Positions 11,097 through 24,300 of a stretch of 64,000 nt of DNA are shown here, one piece after another. The stretch's first letter is position 1; each line of letters begins with the position of its first letter. The translations under genes and the position numbers were made by a program. The notes under the pieces were generated by a model. That model was not told the origin of the DNA, did not search any database, and saw only the letters and a list, made by a program, of their open reading frames with translations. This stretch comes from Macrostomum lignano (Eukaryota), in the NCBI GenBank assembly GCA_002269645.1, contig NIVC01000277.1, forward strand, positions 62,001-126,000, given 5' to 3'.

Positions 11097-12164
11097 TCTT
11101 AACGCAGCAGACCCCATTGCCCCGTCGTCGCCATCCTATGCTGATGCTCTTAACGCAGCAGACCCCATTGCTCCGTCGTCGCCATCCTCTGCTGATGCTC
11201 TTAACGCAGCAGACCCCATTGCCCCGTCGTCACCATCCTCTGCTGATGATGTCACCGCAGCAGACAGATGGTCGGTTGTCACTGGCCGATGGACAGATGA
11301 TGGGCATCGATGAGCTCGCAGTCGGCGGCGTGACTGTCCGCAGGCGGAAAAAACGCCTATCACTTCTAGACGATGACTGGCCTTGGTGCTGCGGCTGCAT
11401 TTGATTGCTAGCCAGATCATGTTTTGCCGCTGTTTGGTAGTTGCGGCCGCCCATTCGTTCTCTGTTGGCCGCATCCGCTCCGGCATATCACTTAGTGAAT
11501 AACTTTGAACGATATATTTCTCGTGCCGGTTTTTGTAGTGCCTCTGGATTTTTACCGGGCACGCACTCACAGCACGATGGGCAGACGGAGCTTCTTCTTC
11601 TAGAGGGCATCTTTCTATAATAATTATTACAAATCAAAGGATACGCAGTACAGTGTTGGAAAAAATGCCCGCTCTTAATCCAGCATATATATATATGTAG
11701 AGATATGTAGAGATATGTAGAGATAGGAGTTTCATATTCAAACCATCCTCCAATAACCCGCCTCCTCATATTTTATTGATGGCAAGCTTATTGGCTTTCA
11801 GTTCAGTCAATTAATCACTATTAAACGATTGACTTAATAACTATTGGTTAAATCAGCTGCGTGTCTGGGCTTGGCTGGCTGGCTGGCTGGCTTGTACTCT
11901 TTTGACTGAGTAATTTGATGCTTTTTACCATAGACTAAAGTTTACGGTCTCGCCCTCACTAGTGGAATTTTCCGTAGTTTCTTTTAACCATAGGCTGCTG
12001 CAGACCTGTCCGCTTGGGTTTATAAAACTCAGTCAGTCCCTTCCCTCCCTCAAACTGCAAGCATCATCGGCGCCCCAGCCTAGTCTACAGTTTCTACAGC
12101 TTTTCGAGTAAGTTACATTCATATCTGCTGCTCTGTGCATTATTCTATTACGAAAACAATCAGC

Positions 12165-12321
12165 TTTCACTACAGGGCCCTTACGGTGCTGCAGTTACAG
12201 GTGGAGCAGCAGCCTCTCTCTCTGATATAATATATACCCCTTTGTAATTAATTTAAACTCGAATGAATGCAGTTTACACTACAGGGCCCTTACGGTGCTG
12301 CAGTCACAGGTGGAGCAGCAG

Positions 12322-12401
<80 letters not shown>

Positions 12402-12430
12402 AATATATACCCCTTTTTAATTAATTTGAA
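12165..12430. repeat. Tandem duplication of about 105 bp whose second copy has an expanded (CT)n tract (12323-12396)
   Basis: cactacagggcccttacggtgctgcag...gcagcagcc(tc)n tgatataatatatacccc occurs twice, with about 5 versus about 37 CT units. Confidence 0.9.
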
Positions 12431-13384
12431 CATGCAGCTTTTCTAACATTTTTTACTCGCACTTAATTGCTGCTATGCCTCTAATCAGTATACATATAGT
12501 ATTGGAGCGAAACAATAAACGTGTCAATAATCAGACTGTTGTCAATCAATCAATCCATCGCTTTACACCAAAAGCATGGAACCTGTACTGTACGTATACA
12601 TACACTGCTGCTCTGATTCGCTGCAATATCAACACAGAGAGTGAATTCGTGTGTTCGTACGATTATAGCGCAAAAACCATAGACTCGTTCTTATCAGCTA
12701 AGCGAATTACATAAACTGATGCTGCTAATCTAAAAATAGCCACAACTGGCTAGCTTATAATTGGTGGAATTTCGTGTTTCATTTCTTGCTATTAAAAAGG
12801 CCGGATGAAAATGTTTGATTTCTGAAAAAAAGCTCGATTCATTATAAACGCTGTTGCTTTCGGTTGCTGCTGCGCTTGGAAATATAAAACTGAATAATAA
12901 GTGTTTTTTCGCGCCTCTGCAGCTTTTGATATGGCTCAAATGAGCCTAGGGAAACCAGATAAGGACCGGATAATTAGGAAAGTAGTGTTACACACTCATG
13001 TATTAGCAAAAATCAACTTCTAATCAACGGGCATACAAAACAAAATATCTTCCTTAATCTACACAAATGCACCGGTAATTACCATGAACTTCTGGATTTG
13101 CCCACGTATTAGAGTGGAAGAAATATACCAGGGACATACAAAAGCAGCGAAATGTCCATTTCAACCAACTCTCTGTCAGGCCCAGCACGTCTGCAGCCAG
13201 CCTGCTATCAACATTGGCAATGGCAAAAATATCCTTTGCAATATGTAACAATTTATCCTTAATATTCTATTGGAGATAGACCAAAAGCTAGTAATTTCTT
13301 TTGCAAAATCTAAACGCAAAATTTACATTGTATCATATCTTCTCTAAGGTACTAAGTCATAAAGTAACAAGGTAAGCTATCAGT

Positions 13385-15165
13385 TTCTTAGAATACAAAT
13401 GTAGAAGAGATTCTTAGAATGCACTGTAGAAGAGATTCTTAGAATACAAGGTAGAAGAGATTCTTAGAATTCACTGTAAAAGAGATTCTTAGAATACACT
13501 GTAGAAGAGATTCTTAGAATACACTTAAAAAGAGATTCTTCGAATACAAGGTAAAAAAGTTTCTTAGAATACAACGTAGAAGTTTCTTAGAATACTCTGT
13601 AGAAAATATTCTTAGGATACGAAGTAAAATATTTATGATGCAATCTTTATTACATTGAGAATTCTAGAGTTTTTCTCTAGCACTCTTACAATACAGTCAA
13701 TTTGAAAGAGCTGATTGAACCTTGCAAAAAGCATGTTTTCGAATACTTAATCCCCTTAGCATCGAGCCATTTCTTAGCGAAGACACAGGTACCGTCGCGG
13801 AAAAATTTCTTATGGAATGGTGCAAGTTTGAAGAAAATCGGTAAACCGTTTTTCCGAATTCTTAGAATACTGTGGCAGGGGGATGCCACGGTTTGATAAT
13901 AACATTAACTGAAATTTACGTAACATCCTCGGGATTTTTTTTCTGTCGTCATTCCTTCCCCCGGTGTGAGTTCTCCCTCTCCCGTCCCTGGCCCTGTTTG
14001 TCCCGTTGTTGTTTCTGCGTTTTCTCCCCATTTGTTCCAGTGTTTTTCTGTCTGGTCCATCCCCGGTGTCCCTTCCTTGTCCCCTTTTTCCTTCCGCTGC
14101 CCTTCTCAACGTACTATTTAAAATTTGTGTTCCGCGCGTTATTTTGCATGCTCTGCTTCCTCTGCTCTGCTCTACTATTACTTTGCCCTGCTCTCTTGCT
14201 CTCTTAGTTTTAACAGCCAGGTGTTTAATAGTTATTTTGCGTGAATAGTATAGTCGCCTAGTTACAGTTTTATTTTAGTAGCTTGTGCCTCCGGCACCCG
14301 TGGAAAACCTCGTCAATTAATCAGTTATTCAGCCTGCAAATTTAACGATAATAATAAACCGAAGCAAACCCCAACTTAATTATTTTTATTAATATTTCCG
14401 TTGACACTAAGCCATAGTCTCTCTTGAGTCATTGCCCGTGGGGCGTAAAATAACCAAGTTCTCATCTCAAGGAAAGCTCTGAGACTTATCCGTTCCGTAA
14501 TACGTAAATTACGGTGGTGGCAGCAACTACCCTATTGAAAACAACGAGCTCAGCAAACGACACAATTGTTTACGGTGTCAACAATCTCCGGTGTTTCATC
14601 GCTTTGAACGACCCGGGCCGCTACAAGACCGCTCGACTACGAATACGACTACCCTCCCCCCGGAATTGAGGAACCCGGCAGCCGGAGTAAAAGGAGAAGA
14701 ACTTCGTTGTGATTCGTCTGCGCGATTTTCCGGAATTAATTCGTGCGAACTCAACGCCGTTCGCTTTTTGAAGAAAACCCAGCATTTCAAACCCACCAAC
14801 TTCCAAACAAATTTTATTTTTCAAACTTCTCCACCCCCACCTCAATACAAAGTAGAAGATATTCTTAGAATACAAAGTAGATATTCTTAGAATACAAAGT
14901 GGAATATATTATTAGAATACAAAGTAGAAGATATTCTTAGAAAAAAAATAGAATACATTCTTACCATAAACAGTAGAAGAGATTCTTAGAATAGAAAGTA
15001 GAAGAGATTCTTAGAATAGATAGTAGAAGACATTCCTAGATTACAAAGTAGAAGAGATTCTTAGAATGCAAAGTAGAAGAGATTCTTAGAATGCAAAGTA
15101 GAAGAGATTCTTAAAATGTAAAGTAGAAGAGATTCTTAAAATAGAAAGTAGAAGACACTCCTAGA
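13385..15165. repeat. Two arrays of a 25-bp satellite (AAAGTAGAAGAGATTCTTAGAATAC) at about 13385-13630 and about 14845-15165, flanking a Helitron-like fragment and a GC-richer unclassified insert
   Basis: Direct reading of the repeated units. Segment 13690-13870 resembles 17130-17320. Confidence 0.85.
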
Positions 15166-15856
15166 AGTGAAGGGAAGGGAAGGGAGAATTACATGTAGAT
15201 GCTTGCTATTAGGGTACCAAAACTGCAATCAAGTTATCAGTCCATCTATATCTTAAATAGCCCATATCCGAAACTTTACGCTCCAAATTTGACTTACGCA
15301 CCCAATTTAACGGTACATTCATATTCACGCCAATGCCAATGCAGCAGGAATTTTAGCATGTAGGGCCAGGGTAGCAATTCTTTTTCCATGCTAAAATTTA
15401 CTTGTGATGGCTTTTCAACACGTGCTCCAATAACTCACTGATTTCTTGAACGGCCAGAGAAATCATCGCATGACATTCTGCTTGTTTCATCCGCCTGCGT
15501 ACTCGATTCGCGTTGACTCGAGTTGGCTCTCACCAGACGGCACCAGTCTGTATAGCTTCTGTAGAAAGGTAAAGTTAATGTGAACAAAAATTTACAGGTC
15601 TGCATAAAACAATTGTACATTCCTGACCGAGTAATACACAATGAACTGTACTCAGAGATGACAAAATAAGAGGTGACAAAATACATTTGCGACGATAGAA
15701 TGGGTCACAAATAATAGAACAGATCAGAGATCACAAAAATAGATGATTACTAGCAATCTTCGCCCCCCGATGGGGGACATATGGATAGAATCTTTGTTCT
15801 TTACAAGTAACAAATAGACAGCGCAAAAAAAGCTTTCATAAAAAAAACAATAGACA

Positions 15857-16780
15857 TCTAAATATACTAAATCTCTAAGGTTTGTTTGTATGTTTGTCCA
15901 TCTATATACTAAAAATTCTCTCTAAAAACAAAACATCCCAAGACAGCAAACATCCTCAGACAGCATCGATCCCCAAATAGCAAGCATCCCCCAGACTGCA
16001 AGCATCCCCGAGATAGCAAGCATCCCCCAGATGGCAAGCATCCCCCAGATAGCAAGCAAACCCCAGATAGCAAGCAACCCCAGATAGCAAGCAACCCCAG
16101 ATAGCAAGCTTCCCCCAGATAGCAAGCATCCCCCAGATAGCAAACATAACCTGGATAAAAAGAGACCTTATAGATATCTAGCAACCCCCTCTCAGATAGC
16201 AAGTACCCTCCACCCCCCAAGAGCAAGCATCTGCCAATAGCAGGTAACCCCAGTAGCAAGCATCCCTCAGATAGCGAGTATCCCTCAGAAAGCAAGCATC
16301 CCCCTGATAGCAAGTATCCATCCTTAAATAGCAAGCATCCACCAGAGAACAAGTAGCTAGTGCAACAATTTCCTTAGCTTTATAGTGGCTCCATTTTGTT
16401 TGGCATGACACTTCTTTTTATGTTTGAAACGGTGGCTTTTTATGTTTGAAATGGTGGCTCTTCTATTTTTGACATGGTAGCTCTTTAATGTTGACATCTT
16501 GGCTCTTCTGTTTGACATGGTAGCTCTTTTATGTTTGACATAGTGGCTCCCTTTTGTGTGAAATGGTGTCTCTTTTGTGTTTAAGGTTTGACATGAAGTC
16601 ACGTATATGTTTGACATGGTGGCTCTTTATTGTTTTACATGGCGGCTGTTTAATGTTTTACACGGTGGTTCTTTAGTGTTAGACATGGAGTCACGTATAT
16701 GTCTGACATGGTGGCTCTTTAATGTTCGACATGGTGGCTCTTTTATTTTTGACATTGCGCTCCTTTTATGTTTAGCAGTT
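15857..16780 (+). repeat. Helitron-type 5' ends (15857, 15901) followed by an 18-bp minisatellite (about 15930-16350) and a roughly 23-bp minisatellite (about 16400-16780)
   Basis: A|TCTAAATATACTAAATCTCTAAGGTTTG and A|TCTATATACTAAAA are followed by the units CATCCCCCAGATAGCAAG and ATGTTTGACATGGTGGCTCTTTT. Confidence 0.75.
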
Positions 16781-16929
16781 TCGTGTTTTTAAGGTGTTTT
16801 AATAAAAAAATTGCACTAATAAGATTCGAACCCAGGTCGCTACATTAGCAGTCCAGTCTGTTCGCATCTAGGCTATCTGTTTTCAATTGGAGAACATGAT
16901 TTGTGGCCCTTATAATTCAATACTTACAG

Positions 16930-17345
16930 CAAGTCGGTTAGAGTAAAAAGTTATGACATAATCAATTTCTCAGCCAGCCAGTATCAGTCTCAATTTAATT
17001 AGCAATACGGTTACGCAATTTCAATCAAGAATTGTGTGCATTTCTTCGGCACTGTTTTCACCTTGTTGTGATGCAATCTATTTCAGAATCAGAATTCAAC
17101 GAGTCAGTTTTTTCTCTAGCATTTTTATAATGCATTTCAAGTCGAAAATTTTGCTTGACCTTTGCAAAAAAGCATGTTTTTCGAATATTTAATCCTTTTA
17201 ACCTTAAGCAATTTCTTAGCCAAGATGCATGTACCATCCCAGGAAAATTTCTGATCGAATGGTACAAGTTTGAAGAAGATCGGTTAAGCCATTTTTTCTG
17301 AAATCTATCGCATACCCACAGACAACTCATTTTTAGTATATTGGA
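16930..17345 (-). mobile_element. Non-autonomous Helitron-like segment whose 5' TC (17345) abuts the 3' CTAG of the next element
   Basis: The minus strand begins TCCAATATACTAAAAATGAGTTGTCTG. The body is similar to 24940-25190 and 13690-13870. The left limit is approximate. Confidence 0.6.
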
Positions 17346-17894
17346 CTAGCCATTTAGCCCCCCGCGGGGGAGCCCGAAAGTGACACCAATTGGTTTTTAT
17401 TTGACACAAGAGTAACCTTACTATAATTATCCAAAATGTTGATTTCCATTAATAAAAAATTACCTTTTCTCATTTTGGCAAAAATAAATTGCTATGAATC
17501 AGAACTTTCATCAGCCAAAAAAGTTTCCTTCATCAGCCCAAAACCCTTTCTCAATCAGCAAATAGAGCTTATCCGTTCAAGCACAAACTCTTAGTGCATA
17601 TCGTCGCTGGCCGGGGCATATTCTTATCCGCAGCAAATATGCAAATCATTGACGGCCTTAGACCCTCTCTCTTAATTAGCCTAAATCAAAGAATGAAACC
17701 TTGAATAAATGCACTGTATTTCCTATTAGCAGAAATCAGCATCACTTGTGTGTACAATTTCATTATCTGAATTACATGAGCTACTTCAGACGTACTACCT
17801 AACTACCTGACAATCGCCCAACAACCATGAGTCCATGAGCCTTGGCATCTTAGCAATTCCTCCTTACTTAGAATTACTTGAACATACTTAGAAC

Positions 17895-18225
17895 ATACTT
17901 GAATCCATGTACATTAAAGACCAAAAACCTAATCTGAATATTCAGCTCTCCCATAGTGGTGCGGGCCATTTGCTCAAGGTATTCTAAGTAAAGGCACAAG
18001 TCTGAACAATGTACTTGCAATCTATGCTTAACATTTTTGGAAAATTCTGCCCATGACATGCCCTTTGGACTGTACAGTAACATTTGTTCACTTATAAAGT
18101 TGTTGTGTGAGTTAAAAATACACCAGACCCTGAAGATGGCCATTGTTGGTCCGAAACGCGTCGGTAGAAAGAATTAATTATAATCTATGTTGATTTTAAC
18201 TTTTGTATTTCAAAGCATATAACTA
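17895..18225 (+). mobile_element. 5'-truncated Penelope-like element 3' fragment (GIY-YIG C-terminal tail plus pseudo-LTR)
   Basis: 17895-17987 encodes ILESMYIKDQKPNLNIQLSHSGAGHLLKVF*, the typical PLE endonuclease tail (LE...I....P.LN.Q). A hammerhead motif follows. Confidence 0.75.
18127..18165 (+). ncRNA. Minimal type-I hammerhead ribozyme
   Basis: ACC-CUGAAGA-U-GGCCA(UUGU)UGGUC-C-GAAA-CGC-GUC-GGU gives stem I ACC/GGU, core CUGANGA...GAAA, a palindromic stem III ACGCGU and a GUC cleavage triplet (18160-18162). Confidence 0.8.
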
Positions 18226-21200
18226 ATTCGCCCAAGAGCATTTAATCTTAGAAATTCCTTAATGAATCATTTATGATTGACACGACGATGGCTCTATAAT
18301 TGAACTCAAACCCTAACCCTTAACCTGCAGCCGAGTCACAGTATTTCAGCAACTCCTTCTCAGCCCAAGAATTTCAAAAATTCCCCAATGAGCTTTTGAA
18401 ATCTTAGCAATTTCCCCATGAGCATGAAAATTAAGCGACTAACCTTTTGATATCTTGGCACTTTTACATGAGTCTTATGGTTGAAAACTAACTCTGCCAA
18501 GTCACAGCATTTTAGCAATTCCCACTGTAAGCCACAACATTTCAACAAATACCCAATGAACCTTGACATTTCGTGAATTTCAGCTATTCGCTTTAGGAGC
18601 CTTTGAAATCTCAGCCATTCCCCTGTGAACCTTAGCATCTCAGCAATACACAAGAGTCACAGCCTAAAGCATTACACGGATCCCCCGTGAGCTTTGAATT
18701 CTCAGCTATTCCCCAATGAGCCTTGATATCTCAGCAACTCCTATTTGAGCCACAAAATTTCGGCAATATGAGTAGGTGCTGTAATCACAACAATCCCCCT
18801 GAGCATTGAGCCACATTATAATTTGGATATCCCCCCATGAGCCTTGACAACTTAGCAATTTCCCAATGAGTATTTAATGTTAGACAGGCCTATTAATTTA
18901 TATGGTTTACGTCTTACTCTTACCCTAACAATGTCGGCAATTCCCCCAAGAGCAACAGCATTCTAGAAATTATCTCCATGAGCCTTGACAGCAAATAATT
19001 TTAATGAGCCTTGATACCTCAGCAATTTCTCAAATGAACTTTGAAATCAAAGCAATTCTGCCCAGAATCACATCAGTATAGGAATTTCCCTCTGAGCCTT
19101 GACAAGACATCTCCGAATTTCTCCCATGGGCCTTGATCTGGCCCAGGGCCCAGTAAGCCTTGAAATCTCAATAATTCCTCAGTAAGCCTTGACATCTCAG
19201 AAATTCCCTCATTAAGATCGAAATCGCAGCAATCGAACTCAAGCTTTAAAATCAAAGCAATTCTCCCCAGAATTACATCATTATAGCAATTACCGCTGAG
19301 CCTTGAGATCTTAGAAATTCTTCCATGAGTCTTGATATCACAGAAATTTTCCATACCAGCCCTGACATCTTAGAAATTCACATTGAGTATTTTATTCTCG
19401 ACAGACCGCTTCTTTTATGGTTGACATGGTGATTCTTTTGTCGCTTTTTCTTGTGTTGAGTTTTCTTATGTTTAAAGTAGCATTTATTAAAATCTTACTT
19501 TTCAATTATTTACTCAGAAAAACAAAGAAAAACAGGTAAACACTTTAGCAATGGTTTACCATCACTTTAGCAATGGTTTACCATCACTTTAGCAATGGTT
19601 TACCATCACTTTAGCAATGGTTTACCAGCAGTTTAGCAATGGTTCACCAGCAGTTTAGCAATGGTTCACCAGCAGTTTAGCAATGGTTCACCAGCAGTTT
19701 AGCAATGGTTCACCGGCAGTTTAGCAATGGTTCACCAGCAGTTTAGCAATGGTTCACCGACACTGTTCCGCAAAATCTGCATAGGATACAATCATTATTG
19801 TCACAGGTCACAAAGATAAATTCGCTGCTTCAATGCAGGCTCTAACTGCTGACATCAAAGCATTCTGCTTAGCTTCTGCCGGATACTGCCTGCCTACTGC
19901 GGCTGTTTTGCCTATAGACATGTGGTCGAAATAATCTAGTTTAGCAACTTCAGCCGTTTGAAGTTAACCCCCAGAAATAGGCATTTATCCCTACAACAAC
20001 CTGAAATTATCCCTGCATCTAATCCCGCAAAAAGACTGCAGTTATTTCTTAGCAGCCGGCATTTATCATCCACTTTGCATTCTACAACTTTTACTAAAAT
20101 TAAGCATGTATACCCTCGGCTCATAGAATTGTCCTCTTAGCAAAAAATATTTCACTTAGCAACCCGCAGTAATCCCCTCAACAATTTGTACTTGATCTTT
20201 CACAGTTAATATCCACTCAAAACTCAAAACTCAGTTTTTTGTTACCCTCAGAAGTCTGCCATTATCCCCCTATTAGTCGGCAGTTTTCCCTCTCAGCAGT
20301 CTGCAGCTATACGCTCATACGTCTGGAGGAACTACCTCAGCAGTTTGCAGTTGTTTCCCCTTTGCAATCTGCAATGATCCCTTCGACAGTCTGCAGTTCC
20401 CCTCAGCAGTCTGCAGTCATTCCATTTGCAGTCTAAAACTGTTCAATTAACAGTTTTCATTAATCCTCTCAGCAGCCTGCAGTTCTCCTCTCAGTCGCCA
20501 CCTCAGCTCCTCAGAAAACTGCAATTTGCTAAGCATTTTACGGCTCACTAATAAAGTTTCGATACATATCGGCAGTCTTGCAAAACTCAGCATTTAGCAA
20601 TAACTTCAGCAGTTTTTTCAGAATGGTCTGCAGTTTAGCAATTTCATAATTTCATGGAACTATGCCATATACCCATTGATGGGATCAGTACGCTCGTAAA
20701 ACATGTACTCGAAGCAGTTTTTACAAATCAAAATTTCTTAGCGACTTGTGCCAAATAGCAAAAATAGTTCATTAAGTGTGCCTTGTTAATTGAGCATAAT
20801 AGTTCCAATTAGTCGAAGCACAAGCTAAAATGAAATAATTAGTTCAATTTTAATTGTCCGCTGCTAGGCAGACTCTGAACCTGGGACCTTACGCCTATCC
20901 TAAACCTTGTCCTGGTGCCTACAGTGCGGCTACTCCGCCTATTGATCGGAGGGCGACAAAATCAGCCATACATGCTTTGGCACTGCAGTCAAATACACAG
21001 CAGTGATAGGCTGCTTAGTGCACGGGTTGCATGCAGGCAGAGTCAAGTAAGCCTTGACATCTCAGCATTTCCCCAGTAAGCCTTAACATCTTAGCATTCC
21101 CCAGTAAGCCTAATCTTAGCAATTCCCCAGTAAGCCTAATCTTAGCAATTCCCCCAGTAAGCTCTGAGATCTCAGCAATTCCCTCAGTAAGCCTTGACAT

Positions 21201-21330
21201 CTCAGCAATTCGCCCAGTAAGCTCTGAGATCTCAGCAATTCCCCCAGTAAGCCTTGACATCTCAGTCGATCTTCTTCTATCTAATCTATCTAGCTATCTT
21301 CTAGTCTTCTTCTATCTTCTATCTTCTAAA

Positions 21331-24300
21331 TCTAAATATACTAAATCTCTAAGGTTTGTATGCTTGTCCATAACGCTCTAGAGAGAACAATTCTTTCACC
21401 GATTTTGATCGCGTTTCGCCAAAAGATTTGTAATCAGCCTGGGATTGTATGGTTAGAATTTCTTGTATCTGCTTCAATCGAAATCAGCCAGCGAAATTAG
21501 CCAGTGCATTTTAAAAGTATTGAAATAAAATAATGCTCAGTGGCTGCGTGTGTACATTCTTCTGACCTTGGCTGAACGGCTCTGCCGGCACCAAACCTGT
21601 TCATACTGAGCAGCCTATCACTGCTGTGTATTTAACCGCAATGTCAAAGCATATATGGCTGATTTTTTCGCCCTCCCATCAGTAGGCGGAATAGCCGCAG
21701 TGTAGGCACTAGGATAGGTTTAGGCTAGGCGTAAGGTCCAAGTCCGCCTCGCCGGCTGATAATTAAAATTAAATAAATTAGTTCATTTATACCTAGCGCC
21801 TCAACTAATAGAATCATTTTTTATTAATTAGTAAGCCACACTCAATGAATTATATTTGCTATTTAGCACAATATTTTTGCTATTCAGCACAAGTTGCTAA
21901 ACAAATTTGATTTTGTCAATTTGAATTTGATTTGATTTCAGCCAGTGCATTTTAAAATTTGATTTGTAAAAAACTGATTCGTGTATTACTGCTTCCGAAT
22001 TGCAGACGATGCTGCTAAATAGCTAAACAGCTGAAGGTACTGCTAAATGCTGAGCTGCGCAAAAGACTACCGATATGTATCGAAAATTGATTAGTGAGCC
22101 CTACTAAATGCTGAGCAAACTTTCAGAATACTGAAAGAATCATTGCTGAGAAGACTCATTCATGCAGACTGCAAAGGGAAAAATTGAAAAAAAACTGCTG
22201 AGGTATTCTTCCAGACTTGAGTGTATAGCAGAGCAAGTTGTTGAGGGGATACGAGTAACTGCCGACTGCTGAGTGAATTATTGTAGCTTGCCGATGCTAA
22301 TGAAAGTTGTAGACAGTAGTACCTGCAGGCTGCTAAGAGTATGACTGCAGTCTGTTTGCGGGATTAGAAGGGATAGCTAATTTCAGGTTGTTGTGGGGAT
22401 AACTGCCGATTTCTGGGGGGGGGGTTAACTTCAAAGCGCGAAGTTACTAAACTTCTAGAATAGTAGGGCTTTTAGTAGAAGGTCGGCAGTTCGAGTCTAC
22501 ATTGAAGCAGCGAATTTATCTTTGTGACAATAATCATTGTTTCCTATGGGAATTCATGCAAATTTTTAACATTTTATTTTATATATACTTTCGCTGAGGC
22601 TACGCTAAGCTTCAAGAGCAGTGCTTATCTGCTGTAAGTGCTAATTTGCAAAGGGTATTGCTAATCTGGGTGAGCAGCGCTAATCGGGGAGAGCAGTGCT
22701 AATCTGTCGACGCATATAATAAAATAATAAATATGTAAGGAGATTAAATTTACCCTGCAAGTTGCAAAAACATTTTAAATGGTTTCGATTATGCAGAAGC
22801 AATATGGCAATTTGCAAAGATTAGTGGCCATCTGCTCACTGATTGTGCAAAAAAGTGCTGGTGAACCATTGCTAAACTGCTGGTGAAGCATTGCTAAACT
22901 GCATTGCTAAACTGCTGGTTAACCATTGCTAAACTGCAGAAAGCTATAGTGAAATATTGTATTTTTTAATATAAAATTCTTTTAAAGAGAAGAAAACGCA
23001 AAGGCAAGAAAAAACGAACAAAAATCATCATATCAATCATAAAAAAGCGCCCTGTCGAAAGTAAAAGTCTCATCGGGAATTGCTTACTGTTAAGACTGCT
23101 AAGACTATTTCTACGAGCATAATGCTCGTATGGCAAATTGCTGTGATATATCAATACTCATGGAAGGATTTATAAGATATCAAGACAAAGGGGAATTGCT
23201 ATAATTATGTCATTCTGGGGAGAATTGCTTTGATTTCAAGTTTCATTTGTGAAATTGCTGAAATAAATTGTTGAAATGCAAGTGCCAAGATATCAAAAGG
23301 TTAGTCACTCAATTTTCATGCTCATGGAAAAATTGCTAACATTTCCAAAGCTCATTGGGGAATTGCTAAAATTCGACTACAGGTTAAGGGTTATGGTTTT
23401 GGTTAAATTATAGAGCGATCGTCGTGACAACCATCAATGATCCATCGAGGAATTGCTAAGATTAACCCTATCGAACCCGATGGTACGCATAGCATACCAT
23501 GGCTCACAGCTTTGCCCGCTTACTATCATAGACAACTTTTTTTAAACCTGCAGAAATCTTAAGACGCAAGAACACAGACTTACAAGTGACGAATGGTACG
23601 CCATGCATGCCATGATTAGAGATGCAATTACTTCGTGGCTTTCGAAAGTTTTTTATTAAAGCTTTTAATGGTTAAGTACTATAGAAATAAACTAATTTAT
23701 CGAACAATTTCTCAATAATTTCTTGCAATAAAAACTGGAACACTGGAACAGAAAAGTATAAAACACGAGAAAGGTTTTTTGAAGGAGGTATCGAGGAAAA
23801 AACTGATATTTGAAGTTTTTAAGCATTTGTTTCTTGTGTTTCGACCCCATACGAGCTACCTGGAACTCGCAAGCACCTGTAATTTTTTCAGATAACTAAA
23901 TTGTCTGATTTCGTTCATTGCTAGTAAAAATTTACAACTTTTTACAATATCTAATCCACATCTGACATTAGAACGAGAATAATAAACAACGATACATACT
24001 CAAGTTTCGTACATTGCACAGGATAAGTTGCGCAAACTTGTGTAAGCTCTAAACGCTGGCTGAGGAGTCACACGAACCAGGGACTGCACTTAAACGTGCC
24101 ACTGCTCGAAACAGTCTCCAATGCACAGTCCCGGCTGATTCACACAACCCTTGCAGACGGTCACTGTGCGCTTTGATCAAACGATTATAAACGCCGTAAA
24201 ATAATAAGCCGCTCGTAAAGAAAGAAAGATAGGCAAAGCGAAAAATTCCCGCCTAGCCGGCACTTAAGGGCGTGCTGCCAAAATTTTTGCGGCCACAAAA

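Larger units (their letters stand above)
9367..11265 (-). repeat. 51-bp tandem repeat (17 aa, AEDGDDGAMGSAALRAS), about 4.5 copies, split by the P element
   Basis: The unit ctgctgatgctcttaacgcagcagaccccattgccccgtcgtcgccatcct occurs at 9367-9417, 9418-9434|11104-11137, 11138-11188 and 11189-11239, with a partial copy to about 11265. Confidence 0.95.
7551..11620 (-). pseudogene. Decayed tyrosine-recombinase (phage-integrase fold) gene, Crypton-like or virus-like; catalytic domain about 7600-8200; interrupted by a P element at 9435-11096 and by the LINE at 7550
   Basis: The C-terminal region reads QPVR...VPHK...YIRPSL...VFLDIFG...SAFSRMI...ATDWRRTLSS...AHGTS...RNY. Candidate catalytic residues are R (8154-8156), K (7983-7985), R (7734-7736) and Y (7635-7637), in XerD-like order and spacing. 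Upstream frames can be joined through frameshifts and stops to about 11600. The 5' limit is approximate. Confidence 0.72.
17346..21030 (-). mobile_element. Composite non-autonomous Helitron-like element, copy A (roughly 4-kb family)
   Basis: It is the reverse complement of 56300-60123 over kilobases. The 3' end is a GC hairpin followed by TAAATGGCTAG|T. It contains 22-bp (19545-19760) and 30-bp minisatellites. Confidence 0.75.

Noticed and set aside
16820-16865. tRNA gene (GATTCGAACCC motif)
   Set aside because: Only an isolated B-box-like motif is present, with no cloverleaf.
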